Positions 38,308 to 49,062 are shown, numbered from the stretch's first letter. The stretch is DNA of 64,000 nucleotides from Gammaproteobacteria bacterium (GCA_048571035.1 CP121329.1:2978455-3042454); one strand, 5' to 3'. Numbers and translations: made by a program. Notes: a model not told the origin generated them from the letters alone.

Positions 38308-38700
38308 ATGACAGTTGATACGTTTGATCCATCCGCAATGGCTCAACCCCTCGATGCTCAGATGGTGGCTGCGCTTTGTGCCGCGGCGGAGATATCAGCT
38401 GATAATGAGCTGGTGTTGGCGGAGCTGGATGTTAAGCGGTTTGCGCCGATAGCGTCAGGTGGTGACTGGTCAGCGTTGGATGATCAACTGAGTGATGAGC
38501 AGGTGGCTCAGTTGATCCGTATTTTCACCCTCGGCGAGATGCAATTCAGCTCGTGGGCAGCGGGCGATAAATCGCCGGTGATTGCGTTGGTGCAACTGCT
38601 GAAACAGCGTGGTGTTTATGAGCCGGATATGACGCGCTGGATAAAAAGTAACACCACAAATCGGTTTCTACCTCATGGCAATCTGCTCAACCGTCTGTGA
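38308..38700 (+). CDS. Conserved hypothetical protein
   Basis: 130 aa; SPVIALVQLLKQRG...WIKSNTTNRFLPHG; upstream of hisB. Confidence 0.65.
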   Translation: MTVDTFDPSAMAQPLDAQMVAALCAAAEISADNELVLAELDVKRFAPIASGGDWSALDDQLSDEQVAQLIRIFTLGEMQFSSWAAGDKSPVIALVQLLKQRGVYEPDMTRWIKSNTTNRFLPHGNLLNRL

Positions 38701-38802
38701 AACGTTGCTGGAAGTGACCCAGTGCGTTGATTACGCTGCATATTTTGTGTGATCAGCGTAGAATCCGCGCTCTTTTTACAGCCATGCACACGAGAGTCAG
38801 TC

Positions 38803-39399
38803 ATGAGTGATGCGCGCACTGCTTCGGTCATCCGCGATACCACAGAAACGCAGATAAAAGTGACCATTAATCTAGATGGCACGGGTACCAGTCATTTTGC
38901 GACGGGTGTGCCTTTTTTTGAGCATATGCTCACACAGATTGCCCGGCATGGTCTGATTGATATGCACATTGAAGCCAATGGCGATCTGGAAATTGATGCT
39001 CACCACACGGTTGAAGATGTGGGCATTGTGCTTGGGCAGGCGTTCGCTCAGGCGCTATCTGATAAGTCCGGCATCTATCGCTATGGACACGCCTACGTAC
39101 CGCTTGATGAAGCGCTTTCGCGGGTAGTTGTCGACTTATCCGGCCGACCGGGTCTGTTCTATAACGTCGATTACACTCGTGCGCGCATTGGCGATTTTGA
39201 CGTTGATCTGCTGCGCGAGTTTTTCCAGGGTTTTGTGAACCACGCAATGGTGTCACTGCATCTGGACAACCTCAAAGGCCTCAACGCTCACCATCAGGCA
39301 GAAACACTTTTTAAAGCTTTTGGCCGCGCGCTGCGCATGGCAGTAACGCCTGATCCTCGGATGATTGGCATAGTGCCCTCTACAAAAGGCAGCCTCTGA
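38803..39399 (+). CDS. hisB: Imidazoleglycerol-phosphate dehydratase
   Basis: [47 protein letters not shown]. Confidence 0.97.
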   Translation: MSDARTASVIRDTTETQIKVTINLDGTGTSHFATGVPFFEHMLTQIARHGLIDMHIEANGDLEIDAHHTVEDVGIVLGQAFAQALSDKSGIYRYGHAYVPLDEALSRVVVDLSGRPGLFYNVDYTRARIGDFDVDLLREFFQGFVNHAMVSLHLDNLKGLNAHHQAETLFKAFGRALRMAVTPDPRMIGIVPSTKGSL

Positions 39400-39403
39400 A
39401 ACC

Positions 39404-40141
39404 ATGTTGCTGATACCGGCGATTGATCTGAAAGAAGGACAGTGTGTGCGTTTGCGCCAGGGTCGCATGGACGATGCCACAGTGTTCTCCAAAGACCCTG
39501 TGGCCATGGCCGCTCATTGGCGTGAACAGGGAGCTCGACGCCTGCACATTGTAGACCTCGACGGCGCGTTTGCCGGCGAGCCGCGTAACCGATCTTTAAT
39601 AGAGCAAATGGTTGCCGTCATGGATGGCATACCTGTTCAGGTTGGCGGCGGGATACGCAGCATTGAGGTTATGGAGGCTTATGTCGCAGCCGGTGTAAGC
39701 GGCGTAATTGTTGGCACAAAAGCCATCCAGGAGCCTGATTTTCTGATGCAGGCAGCGAAGACTTTTCCGGCAAAAATCTGGTTTGGGCTGGATGCCCGAA
39801 ATGGTCTTGTGGCAACGGAAGGTTGGGATCAGACCTCAACGTTAAAAGCTGTGGACCTTGCTCAGCAGGCGGCGCAGTGGCCGGTTGCAGGCGTGGTTTA
39901 TACAGACATCGAGCGCGATGGCATGATGTCCGGTCTTAACGTTGAGGCCACTCTCACGCTGGCGCTTGCCAGCAATCTGCCGGTAGTCGCGTCTGGTGGT
40001 GTGACCACTCTGGCTGACCTCGAAGCCTTGAAACAGGCGTTTACCGGACACGAAGCATTATTGTTTGGCGCGATTACGGGCCGGGCGATATATGAGGGGA
40101 CGCTAGACGTGGCGGCTGGGCAAGCATTGCTGGATGGCTGA
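39404..40141 (+). CDS. hisA: ProFAR isomerase
   Basis: IPAIDLKEGQCVRL, LHIVDLDGA, QVGGGIR, YTDIERDG, ASGG. Confidence 0.97.
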   Translation: MLLIPAIDLKEGQCVRLRQGRMDDATVFSKDPVAMAAHWREQGARRLHIVDLDGAFAGEPRNRSLIEQMVAVMDGIPVQVGGGIRSIEVMEAYVAAGVSGVIVGTKAIQEPDFLMQAAKTFPAKIWFGLDARNGLVATEGWDQTSTLKAVDLAQQAAQWPVAGVVYTDIERDGMMSGLNVEATLTLALASNLPVVASGGVTTLADLEALKQAFTGHEALLFGAITGRAIYEGTLDVAAGQALLDG

Positions 40142-40853
40142 ATTGAGCCTGCCGTAGGGCAAGCTCGGCGACTGCAACGAGCTTTATGTCCGTCGGTAAA
40201 TCAGCCAGGCGGGCTTCAAGATAATCCAGACTGATGTCATAAGGATGTCCGATTAAAACGGCTCTGCCGTTGCGGCGCGCGATGTGCAGCGCGCGTTCAA
40301 ACGCAAGGTGGATGGCTTGTGGCGAAGGATCATGGTCGAGGAACACATCACGCCTTACTGCGGGTACACCCTGCTCGCGCGCAACATCCAGAGCTACCGT
40401 TGCTGCGGTTGTGCGGGAGTCGAGGAAAAACAGGTCGCGCTGACGCAACAGGGTCATCAGCTGCTGCATGGGCGCACGGTGTGAGGTGAGCAGGCTGCCG
40501 GTATGGTTGGATAAGCCGATTCTGCCGGGCACAGCATCGAGCGCCGCGGCGGTCATACGGGCAAAATCCTTCTCATGCATATCCAGCATTAATGTGCGTC
40601 TTTCGCGTGATGCGTGTGCAGAGGGATGGGCCTGCATCGGCTGGTGCACGATGATGTCTTTGCCGCTGCGACTCGCCTGGCGAACCAGATAGGCGGTATT
40701 TGGTGCGTGAGGCAGAACGGCAATGGTCACCGGTCCCGGCAGTGCAATGGCGCGCATGCCTCTGATCTGATGATATCCGACATCGTCAATCACGATTGCC
40801 AGTTCACCGGCGTTTGCCCCCCCAGGCGAAAACAACAGTGCTACTGGTAGCAA
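40074..40853 (-). CDS. yibQ: Divergent polysaccharide deacetylase
   Basis: AIVIDDVG, IIVHQPMQ, SNHTGS, FFLDSRT, RRDVFLD, IGHP; may start at CTG 40883. Confidence 0.9.
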   Translation of the reverse strand: MLPVALLFSPGGANAGELAIVIDDVGYHQIRGMRAIALPGPVTIAVLPHAPNTAYLVRQASRSGKDIIVHQPMQAHPSAHASRERRTLMLDMHEKDFARMTAAALDAVPGRIGLSNHTGSLLTSHRAPMQQLMTLLRQRDLFFLDSRTTAATVALDVAREQGVPAVRRDVFLDHDPSPQAIHLAFERALHIARRNGRAVLIGHPYDISLDYLEARLADLPTDIKLVAVAELALRQAQFSHPAMLAQPPRLASPHISPGP

Positions 40854-40991
40854 CAGTGAAAGGTAAATCTGCAGCCGTCTCAGTGCGCTGCTCCCTTATC
40901 AGAATTGTTATTGTTTTTTAGTGGTCTGACTCTGCTGGTCAGTGGCGTTCAGTGTAAGTTGCGCCAGAGGGGAAGTAAACGAATGAGTGGA

Positions 40992-42170
40992 TTACAGGCT
41001 TGCGCGCAGGCTGTCTGATTCCTGTGCCTTCAGCACCGCGATGGCTTCAGCCAGCATCATTTCGTCATCGCCGTCAAAGACAATGTCCGGGTCGATGCCT
41101 TTTTTGTGTATGGAACGCCCATTGGGGGTGAAATAGTAAGCCGTGGTGATTTTCAGCGCCTGATCGTGGTCCAGCGGTAACACAGACTGTACCGAGCCTT
41201 TGCCATAGCTTGTGCTGCCCATGAGCTGGGCACGACCGTGGTCCTGTAACGCGCCGGCGACAATTTCTGAGGCGGAAGCTGAACCACTGTTTATGAGTAC
41301 CACAATCGGTAATCCCGCCAGTAAATCGCCTTTGGTCGCGCGATATTTGGCGTAGCTGGATTTGAGGCGCCCTTCGGTATAGACGATGAGCCCCTGGTCA
41401 AGGAAATGGTCAGCCACTTCCACAGAAGACTGCAGGGTGCCGCCCGGGTTGTTGCGTAAGTCGACAACCAGACCTTCCAATGGCGTGGTGGTTTCTGCAG
41501 TCAGTTCTGCCAGGGCATCGTAAACGTCATCGCCGGTGCGGTTCTGAAATGCTGAAATACGTATATAAGCGATACCCGGTTCCAGCAGGCGCGAGCGCAC
41601 GCTGGCAAATTCGATATCCGCGCGCGTCAGATCAAATTCCAGATTCGTAATGACGTCGGCGTTGTCGGTTGCACGTTCCACACCCAGTTTCACACTTGTG
41701 CCGGGTGCACCGCGCAGAGCATCGATGATGTCGGTCAGCAATAAACCTTTGACCCATTCACCGTTGAGTTTGGTGATGCGGTCTCCCGACTGCATGCCGG
41801 CCTCTGCTGCTGGTGTGCCATCGATGGGCGCAATAACTGTGAAATAACCGTCCTGCAGCCCCAGTTCAATACCAATACCACCAAAATGGCCTTCGGTATT
41901 TTCTTTCAGATAGGAGAACGCACTTCGATCCAGATAGTCTGAGTGGTCATCCAGGCGGCGCATCATGCCGTCGATAGCGTGGCTGAGCAGCTCTTCCTCG
42001 CTGATTTCTTCGACGTAGTTCTCACTCACCTGTTTCAGTGCAGCAGACAGCGTCACCGTGGTGTCTGCAGGTGTATTGTCCCGGGTCATCAGGTGTGTCA
42101 GCACACCCAGTGCGATACCGGTGACAATCGACAGAATGATGCCGATGAGTGTTAAGGGGCGAAGAACCAT
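40992..42170 (-). CDS. ctpA: Carboxy-terminal processing protease (S41)
   Basis: GIGIE PDZ, DLRNNPGG, SASASEIVAGALQD, SYGKGSVQ, YFTPNGRSI. Confidence 0.93.
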   Translation of the reverse strand: MVLRPLTLIGIILSIVTGIALGVLTHLMTRDNTPADTTVTLSAALKQVSENYVEEISEEELLSHAIDGMMRRLDDHSDYLDRSAFSYLKENTEGHFGGIGIELGLQDGYFTVIAPIDGTPAAEAGMQSGDRITKLNGEWVKGLLLTDIIDALRGAPGTSVKLGVERATDNADVITNLEFDLTRADIEFASVRSRLLEPGIAYIRISAFQNRTGDDVYDALAELTAETTTPLEGLVVDLRNNPGGTLQSSVEVADHFLDQGLIVYTEGRLKSSYAKYRATKGDLLAGLPIVVLINSGSASASEIVAGALQDHGRAQLMGSTSYGKGSVQSVLPLDHDQALKITTAYYFTPNGRSIHKKGIDPDIVFDGDDEMMLAEAIAVLKAQESDSLRASL

Positions 42171-42232
42171 TTAAGGAGTTTCGCAGTTTGCCATGGGTTT
42201 TGACAGTGGACGAATACAATAGTGTTAAGCAG

Positions 42233-43717
42233 TTAGCGTACCGGAGGTGGATTACCCATTTGCTGACTGTCTACTCTGCGTGCAGGGACAAAGCGGGCAG
42301 TCGTTTCAGAGCTGTGCACCTGCTCCAGCCAGATCACCCCATCGTAAGGTTCGCTGTTGCCGCGGGTGCCGACAAAGTCCAGGTCGCCATCGTGATCCAG
42401 ATCGAGGGCAAGCCATTTGTCATACATGCCACGTTTGCGACGCACAATATCGTGTTGTGGCCAGGGTTGTGCGTTGCTGTTCACACCCGGGTTTTCGAAC
42501 CAGCTGATGCGGCCGAGGGCATCGGCGGCGGTTATCTCATCCCCATCCTGACCGCGGGGGCCGCGACTGTATGAACCTGCAAACGCATCCAGGTCGCCAT
42601 CATTGTCGATGTCCGCCAGTCTTACGGAGACCAGCTGGTCCGGAGCGAAATCACCGATAAGGGTGGTTGGCCAGGCGCTGCCAGCATCAACCGGACGCCG
42701 CAGCCATAAAAGATAGCTGGGCCAGGCGGTGGAAATGACATCGGTGCGCCCATCTGCATTGAGGTCAGCGTAATCCATGTTGAATCCGGTCAACGCTGCG
42801 TTGGACGGCTTGTTTTCCGCTGCAGGATTGATAGCGTGGTTGGTAAATCTGAAATCACCCAGATTCTCAAGCCACATGATGCGGCCTTCACCCCGTGAAC
42901 CAGCGATAACATCCAGGTCGCCGTCAGCGTCAATATCGACAGGCTCAGAATTGATTGGAATGCGTACCTGAGCAATCACCTGCTCGCGCCACAGTTCGCC
43001 GTCGAGAGGTTTGTCCGGCAGGTGATAAATAGAAATGTTGAGTAGGTGTTGCTGCTGCGTGACGTCGGGGTTTTGTTCACCTTTATTTGGGGCGACAACT
43101 TCGGGCCTGCCGTCGTTGTCAAAATCAGCGAAGAAAACCCGGATGTAAGAACCTCTATTCTGTGTGATGGCTGGAATTGTCCGCGCCCAGGTTTGTGTGC
43201 GTGCGGTTTTACCCGGGTTTTCGAAGTAGATCAGATGAGCCAGTTCTGCAGCTACAACAATGTCCGGATAGCCATCGTTGTTGGCGTCGGCAATGGAAAC
43301 GTCTTCAGCTGCGGCAGCTTCAGTGCCGGAAGCCAGGGTTGTCAGGCTCCACTGCTCAGGGTTACTGCTGCCCCAGGCGATGCGCACGTGACCGATGGGT
43401 TTGCCGTCATAGATGGTGTCAGATTCATGCACAGACACAATGTCCGGCCAGCCGTCGAGATCCAGGTCTGCTACCGCCAGACCGTCGCTGCCACTCAAGT
43501 CCATCTGCGCGAGTGCCGGATCGTCGATGATATGTTCGCGCCAGCTGATGTACTGGCCATTGCTGTGTCGTACCTGAGCAGGTCTTTCGCCGACAGGCAA
43601 ATCCGCGTGGCTGTTTGTGTCGGCGGGAGCCGACAGCGGAGCAACACAGAACATGCAGACCAACAACCTCGCAGTTATGTTAGCGCGCCACCCAGCTGAT
43701 CGGATCTTTGGCATCAC
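42233..43717 (-). CDS. Secreted FG-GAP/VCBS repeat beta-propeller protein
   Basis: Repeated DLDLDGWPDIV, DANNDGYPDIV, DFDNDGRPEVV, DIDADGDLDVI, DLNADGRTDVI, DIDNDGDLDAF, DLDHDGDLDFV. Confidence 0.88.
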   Translation of the reverse strand: MMPKIRSAGWRANITARLLVCMFCVAPLSAPADTNSHADLPVGERPAQVRHSNGQYISWREHIIDDPALAQMDLSGSDGLAVADLDLDGWPDIVSVHESDTIYDGKPIGHVRIAWGSSNPEQWSLTTLASGTEAAAAEDVSIADANNDGYPDIVVAAELAHLIYFENPGKTARTQTWARTIPAITQNRGSYIRVFFADFDNDGRPEVVAPNKGEQNPDVTQQQHLLNISIYHLPDKPLDGELWREQVIAQVRIPINSEPVDIDADGDLDVIAGSRGEGRIMWLENLGDFRFTNHAINPAAENKPSNAALTGFNMDYADLNADGRTDVISTAWPSYLLWLRRPVDAGSAWPTTLIGDFAPDQLVSVRLADIDNDGDLDAFAGSYSRGPRGQDGDEITAADALGRISWFENPGVNSNAQPWPQHDIVRRKRGMYDKWLALDLDHDGDLDFVGTRGNSEPYDGVIWLEQVHSSETTARFVPARRVDSQQMGNPPPVR

Positions 43718-44849
43718 CTTTGTGTCTCACTTCAAAGTAAATTCCAGTGTCCTGGGTGCCGCCGCTATTGCCGGCGCCAGCAATGACCTCGCCGCTTTCC
43801 ACCCAGTCACCCACCTTCTTATACAGGACGTCCGCGTGCCCATACAACGTCATATAGTCGCTACCGTGGTCAACAATGGTCAAAAGACCAAAGCCGCGCA
43901 GCCAGTCTGAAAAAATGATTCGTCCGCGAAACACTGAGGTCACGGGTGAGCCTTGCTCAGCGGCAATATCAATACCATGCCAGCGCAGCCGGCCGTCGGC
44001 GCGAGAGGCGCCAAACGCGTGGCGGATAGGTCCTACTGCAGGCATCGGTAAAGTGCCTTTAGCCGCGGTGAAAGCACTGCCATCCAATTCAGTATCGCGA
44101 CGGCGCAGCTCAACGAGCAACTGCTCCAATCGATTGCGGTCCTTTTTCAGTTGCTCGTAATCGAGGGTTTTCGATTCGGTTTCCGCATCGAGTTGATCTA
44201 TCAGGGCAGAACGTTTGTCGCGCTCCTTTGCCAGCACCTGTTGTTCACCAACAAGTTGTTTCTGCTGGCTGCTTTGTGTCGCCTGCTGCTCGATCAGTTT
44301 TCGATTGTTGGTTTCGAGCTCGGCGAGGGTCGCCTGGTATTGGGCCATTACTTCGAGGCGTGATTCACTGAAGTACCGGTGATAGCGGATCATGCGCGCA
44401 AATGTATCCGGCGATTCCTGGTTCAACAGTTGTTTCAGAAAGTCCTGTCCGGTTAGGCGATAGGCCGCACCGACGTGTTCAGCGATCAGTCCTGCCTGGG
44501 TACGGCGTTGTTCGTTGAGTTCTTCCTGATGTTTCTGCAGGTCCTGCAATGCGTTGGAGGTTACCTGTACCTGACTGCGAATATCTGCCACCTGAAGATT
44601 AACCGCCGCAATCTCGCGGTCCTGACGCTGCAGTTCTACCAGCCATATAGCGCGTTGCTGCTCTGCGTCATTGAACCATTGGTCCAATGCGTTGAGACGT
44701 TCGACTGTAGATTTAAGTTCAGCGGCGGTGGTTACCGAGTCGGCTTGTGCGGCGTAACTGGGTTGGCCAAGTGCGCAGAGTAGACCGATGCTGAAAAGAC
44801 TCAGGCCAACCAGCCAGAAATCTGCAAAACTTTTGATCCCTCGCTGCAT
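43680..44849 (-). CDS. envC: Murein hydrolase activator (coiled coil plus degenerate M23 domain)
   Basis: Long coiled coil, WHGIDI, WLRGFG, YMTLYGH, YFEVR. Confidence 0.93.
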   Translation of the reverse strand: MQRGIKSFADFWLVGLSLFSIGLLCALGQPSYAAQADSVTTAAELKSTVERLNALDQWFNDAEQQRAIWLVELQRQDREIAAVNLQVADIRSQVQVTSNALQDLQKHQEELNEQRRTQAGLIAEHVGAAYRLTGQDFLKQLLNQESPDTFARMIRYHRYFSESRLEVMAQYQATLAELETNNRKLIEQQATQSSQQKQLVGEQQVLAKERDKRSALIDQLDAETESKTLDYEQLKKDRNRLEQLLVELRRRDTELDGSAFTAAKGTLPMPAVGPIRHAFGASRADGRLRWHGIDIAAEQGSPVTSVFRGRIIFSDWLRGFGLLTIVDHGSDYMTLYGHADVLYKKVGDWVESGEVIAGAGNSGGTQDTGIYFEVRHKGDAKDPISWVAR

Positions 44850-44863
44850 TTACAGTTTTAGGA

Positions 44864-46417
44864 CTAAGCGCTGCGCTGGGTTTTAATTTTTGCCAGCGAG
44901 TGGCCTGTCATTTCAGCTGGGATTTCAATGTGCATCAGATCCAGCAAAGTCGGTGCTATGTCGGACAGGGTGCCGTTTTCGCTGAATTCCAGTGACTGTT
45001 GACCTACATATACAAGCGGCACAACATTTTGCGTGTGGGCGGTGTGCTCCTGCTGGGTGGTGGTGTCTTTCATCTGCTCTACATTGCCGTGGTCGGCGGT
45101 TATCAACATCTGTCCGCCGGTGGCATTGATAGCATCGGTGAGTCTGGCCAGGCAGGCGTCCAGAGTTTCTACTGCTTTTTTCGCGGGTTCGAGCTGGCCT
45201 GTATGTCCAACCATGTCGCCGTTGGCGTAGTTACAGATGATCACGTCGTAAGCGCCAGACTCAATCGCCGCTACCAGTTTATCGGTGACTTCAGCGGCGC
45301 TCATTTCAGGTTGCAGATCATAAGTGGCTACGTCCGGGGAAGGTATCAGCACCCGGTCTTCACCGTCGTACGGGGTCTCGACACCGCCGGAGAAGAAAAA
45401 GGTCACATGGGCGTATTTTTCAGTTTCTGCGATGCGTAACTGGGTCTTGCCAAGTTTGGCCAGATACTCGCCCAGGGTGTTGCTGAAATGCTGCTGGTCG
45501 AATGCACAGGGTACGGTAATGTCGTCTGCGTAACGGGTGAGGGTGACAAATTCGGTGACCGGCACAAAACTGCGTCGTTTAAACCCATCAAATTCTGCGT
45601 CGGTCATAGCGCGCGTGAGTTGTCGCGCTCGATCAGAGCGGAAGTTCATGAAAATCACTGCATCTTCAGGCTTTAAGGCAATTGGCACTTCGTCTGCGTT
45701 GTGAATCGCGGTGGGTTGGATGAATTCGTCGTTTTCACCTCTTTTATAACCTTGTTTCAAGCCATCTAACGCATTACTGGCATGAAAAGGGGCTTCGCCG
45801 CGGACAATCAGGTTGTAAGCCTGTTCCTGTCGATCCCAGCGATTGTCGCGATCCATAGCGTAGTAGCGACCGACAATACTGGCGATCTGGCCGACACCCA
45901 TAGTCTTAAACAGTGCCTGAGCGGCCCGGATAGATGGTTCTGCGCTGCGCGGGGGGGTATCGCGGCCGTCTAAAAAGGCATGCAGGTAGATTTTTGTTAT
46001 GCCGCGCTCTGCAGCACCTTCTAACAAAGCGAAAATCTGGTCTTCGTGACTGTGCACACCGCCAGGAGACAGCAAGCCCATGACATGAAGGGCACCGCCA
46101 GATTGATCGAGTTTTTTAAATGCAGCATTAATACTGCGATTATTCACGAACTCACCCTGTTCAATGGCTCGATTGATACGGGTGAAATCCTGATAGACCA
46201 CGCGTCCAGCGCCCAGATTCATGTGGCCGACCTCTGAATTACCCATCTGGCCCGCGGGTAAACCCACATCTTCGCCGGAGCCGGAAATCAGGGTATGCGG
46301 CTGGTTGGCCCACAACGCATCCCAGGTGGGCGTGTCTGCCAGGGCAATGGCGTTGTGGTCGGTGGCTTCGTTGTAACCAAATCCGTCAAGAACTACGAGT
46401 AAATTCACTTGGCGCAT
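44864..46417 (-). CDS. gpmI: 2,3-BPG-independent phosphoglycerate mutase
   Basis: [41 protein letters not shown]. Confidence 0.98.
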   Translation of the reverse strand: MRQVNLLVVLDGFGYNEATDHNAIALADTPTWDALWANQPHTLISGSGEDVGLPAGQMGNSEVGHMNLGAGRVVYQDFTRINRAIEQGEFVNNRSINAAFKKLDQSGGALHVMGLLSPGGVHSHEDQIFALLEGAAERGITKIYLHAFLDGRDTPPRSAEPSIRAAQALFKTMGVGQIASIVGRYYAMDRDNRWDRQEQAYNLIVRGEAPFHASNALDGLKQGYKRGENDEFIQPTAIHNADEVPIALKPEDAVIFMNFRSDRARQLTRAMTDAEFDGFKRRSFVPVTEFVTLTRYADDITVPCAFDQQHFSNTLGEYLAKLGKTQLRIAETEKYAHVTFFFSGGVETPYDGEDRVLIPSPDVATYDLQPEMSAAEVTDKLVAAIESGAYDVIICNYANGDMVGHTGQLEPAKKAVETLDACLARLTDAINATGGQMLITADHGNVEQMKDTTTQQEHTAHTQNVVPLVYVGQQSLEFSENGTLSDIAPTLLDLMHIEIPAEMTGHSLAKIKTQRSA

Positions 46418-46521
46418 ATTTCAACTGGTGTCATTTTTGACGCGCAATTCTAACAAATATCCCTTGCTACGGTGTGTATAATCGCGCCCGTTAAAATATT
46501 GCTATTACCTGGAATTCTCGC

Positions 46522-46938
46522 ATGGAGCAGCTGTTTGCGTTTATCAGCAATCATCCCTTTCTTGTTGGTACCTTTGCGGTGCTGCTGGCGTTGTTTATAC
46601 GTAATGAAATGAGTCGCGGTGGTGCCGCTGTCAGTGCCCAGGAGCTGGTGCAACTGGTAAATAATGAGGGCGCTGTGGTGGTGGATCTACGCGACAAGGC
46701 TGAATTTGACGCGGGCCATATTGTCGATGCGATCAATATCCCGTTTGCCGCGATCGAGACGCGCATGGACGAACTGAACCCGCACAAAGGTAAACCGATT
46801 GTACTGGCCTGCAAAATGGGTCAGCACTCCGGTTCAGCGGGTACACAATTGCGCAAAGCCGGGTTTGAACAGGTGAGCCGCCTCCGCGGTGGTATCGCCG
46901 ACTGGCGCGCGCAGAACCTGCCGGTAGTGAAAAAATGA
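46522..46938 (+). CDS. yibN: Rhodanese-domain protein
   Basis: N-terminal TM, DLRDKAEFDAGHI, LRGGIADW. Confidence 0.9.
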   Translation: MEQLFAFISNHPFLVGTFAVLLALFIRNEMSRGGAAVSAQELVQLVNNEGAVVVDLRDKAEFDAGHIVDAINIPFAAIETRMDELNPHKGKPIVLACKMGQHSGSAGTQLRKAGFEQVSRLRGGIADWRAQNLPVVKK

Positions 46939-47414
46939 GCGAAACAACCAACGAAGACGCCGCACAGCAGCCACAACTGCGCATTGAGCGCTTATATTTA
47001 AAAGATGCGTCTTTTGAATCACCCGGTGCGCCCAGCATATTCAGCGAACAGTGGCGGCCTGAAACACAGGTCGACATCAACACCACGGTGAATAACCTCG
47101 GTGATAACCGACACGAAGTGGTGCTGGCAGTGACCGTCACCTCCAAGCGCGAGGGTGATCGGGTGGCCTTTGTTGCCGAGGTGCACTACGCCGGCATATT
47201 TGTGATCAACGGTCTTGATGCGCAGCAGCTGCATCAGGTTATTGGTATTGCCTGCCCGAACACGCTGTTTCCTTATGTGAGGGAGAACCTGGATAGCCTG
47301 GTGGTTAGAGGTGGCTTCCCTGCCATGCAGCTGGCCCAGGTGAATTTTGAAGCGCTGTATGCTCAAGCCATGCAGAAAGCTAATAAATCTGATTCTGCTC
47401 CCGTACAGCACTAG
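46935..47414 (+). CDS. secB: Protein export chaperone
   Basis: ERLYLKDASFESP, CPNTLFPYVRE, GGFP, VNFEALY. Confidence 0.96.
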   Translation: MSETTNEDAAQQPQLRIERLYLKDASFESPGAPSIFSEQWRPETQVDINTTVNNLGDNRHEVVLAVTVTSKREGDRVAFVAEVHYAGIFVINGLDAQQLHQVIGIACPNTLFPYVRENLDSLVVRGGFPAMQLAQVNFEALYAQAMQKANKSDSAPVQH

Positions 47415-47453
47415 AGCACCTGATATTCGGGCGCACCAGCCGGCGGCCCTGCC

Positions 47454-47921
47454 TCAGGCGCCGCCGCTGAAATCCACCTGCCGCCAGGCTTCATAAAGAA
47501 TTATCGATACTGCGTTGGCAAGGTTCAATGAGCGGGATTGCGGTTGCATGGGAATGCGGATCTTCTGCTCTGCACTGATGTCGTTCAGTAGGCTGTCCGG
47601 TAAGCCTCGGGTTTCGGGGCCAAACATCAAGGCATCGCCAATACGATAGTCTGGCTGGGTGTGCAGGGTCTGGCCTTTGGTTGTGCAAGCAAACAGGCGC
47701 TGGGGATCTACCGCCGCGATAAAGGCAGGGTAGTTGTCGTGTAACGATACCTTTGTCAGTTCGTGGTAGTCGAGGCCTGCGCGCCGCAGGCGGCGGTCGT
47801 CCCATTCAAACCCGAGTGGTTTGATCAGATGCAGTCGCGCCCCGGCATTTGCACAAAGACGGATGATATTGCCGGTATTCGGCGGGATTTCGGGCTCAAA
47901 CAGGACAACGTCAAAAGGCAT
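47454..47921 (-). CDS. trmL: tRNA (cytidine/uridine-34 2'-O)-methyltransferase
   Basis: [36 protein letters not shown]. Confidence 0.96.
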   Translation of the reverse strand: MPFDVVLFEPEIPPNTGNIIRLCANAGARLHLIKPLGFEWDDRRLRRAGLDYHELTKVSLHDNYPAFIAAVDPQRLFACTTKGQTLHTQPDYRIGDALMFGPETRGLPDSLLNDISAEQKIRIPMQPQSRSLNLANAVSIILYEAWRQVDFSGGA

Positions 47922-48003
47922 GACGGCATTGTACGAGAGCCTAATCCTGTGCGCCTGCGAAATGTGAAAACCTTTCTATACTCAATTCACGACATTCCAT
48001 TTT

Positions 48004-49062
48004 TTGCCGGAGACGTCTGTGAATTCAGCAGTTGCATGGATGCAACAACTTAAATCCCGCTTCTCCCAGGCGGTTTCGACACACCTGCCTGGGAGTGAGC
48101 AGATCGCTGTCTATCTTTCTCCGCGCGGCGTTGCAACCGCCTGTGGCCGTGTTGATGGACAAATGGCGGTAGCGCTGCGGTCTGACCCGATCGCTCAGCT
48201 GAGCGACATTCACTCGATGCTTGCACAACAGATCATCTCACTGGATCTACAGCGCAGTCCTGCCCGTAAGCACGTCAATCTGGTGTTGGCGCCGGAGCTG
48301 TATAACGTGTCTCTGATTGACCGTCCTGAAGTTGATGATGCGGAGCTGAAAGATGCCGTTCGATGGGCCATTCAGGAGCAGGTGGATTATCCGGTTGAAA
48401 AGGCCACGCTGGATGTTTTTGAGTTGCCCCGGAGTGCCTCGCGTGAACGCCCGATGGTTTTTGTGGTGTCACTGAAAACAGAATTGCTGAAAACGCTGCA
48501 ATCTCAGGTGCAGGCCGCTGGTTTACAACCCGCGAGCATTGACGCCGCAGAGCTGTGTTTGAGAAATCTTGCCTGGCAGTGTTTTCCTCAGGCGGATCAG
48601 AGTATTGCGATGTTACGCCTCACCAGAAACAGCGGTCTGGTGAATATCTCTCGTGGAGACGAACTGTATCTGGCGCGCCGGGTTTCCGGTTTGCCCGATG
48701 AGTTTTCCGAACCTAAGTGGGCTGATTTTCGCGAACGTATGGTGCTGCAGGTTCAACGTTCTATCGATTACTATGAAAGCGCCATGAATCAGCCGCATTG
48801 CAATATGCTGGTGGTGGCCTGCACCCATGACTGGTCGCAACGTGTGACTGAGTTTCTAACCGAGATGTTACCGATTCCGGTCCGTTCCATTGCTGAGGTG
48901 CTGGCAGGGGAACTAACCCTGCAGCTATACAACCCTGATGCGCAGCCGATAGATTGGCTCGCGCTTGAGCCAGCGCAGGCAAACGCCATAGCGGCAGGTT
49001 TACCGGCTCTGGGTGGGGTTCTGCGCCATCACATTGCTCAAAGTGTTGAGCAGGCGGCCTGA
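48004..49062 (+). CDS. mshI: MSHA biogenesis protein, MshI N-terminal/PilM-like
   Basis: LKDAVRWAI, IDAAELCLRNL, LQVQRSIDYYE. Confidence 0.8.
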   Translation: MPETSVNSAVAWMQQLKSRFSQAVSTHLPGSEQIAVYLSPRGVATACGRVDGQMAVALRSDPIAQLSDIHSMLAQQIISLDLQRSPARKHVNLVLAPELYNVSLIDRPEVDDAELKDAVRWAIQEQVDYPVEKATLDVFELPRSASRERPMVFVVSLKTELLKTLQSQVQAAGLQPASIDAAELCLRNLAWQCFPQADQSIAMLRLTRNSGLVNISRGDELYLARRVSGLPDEFSEPKWADFRERMVLQVQRSIDYYESAMNQPHCNMLVVACTHDWSQRVTEFLTEMLPIPVRSIAEVLAGELTLQLYNPDAQPIDWLALEPAQANAIAAGLPALGGVLRHHIAQSVEQAA

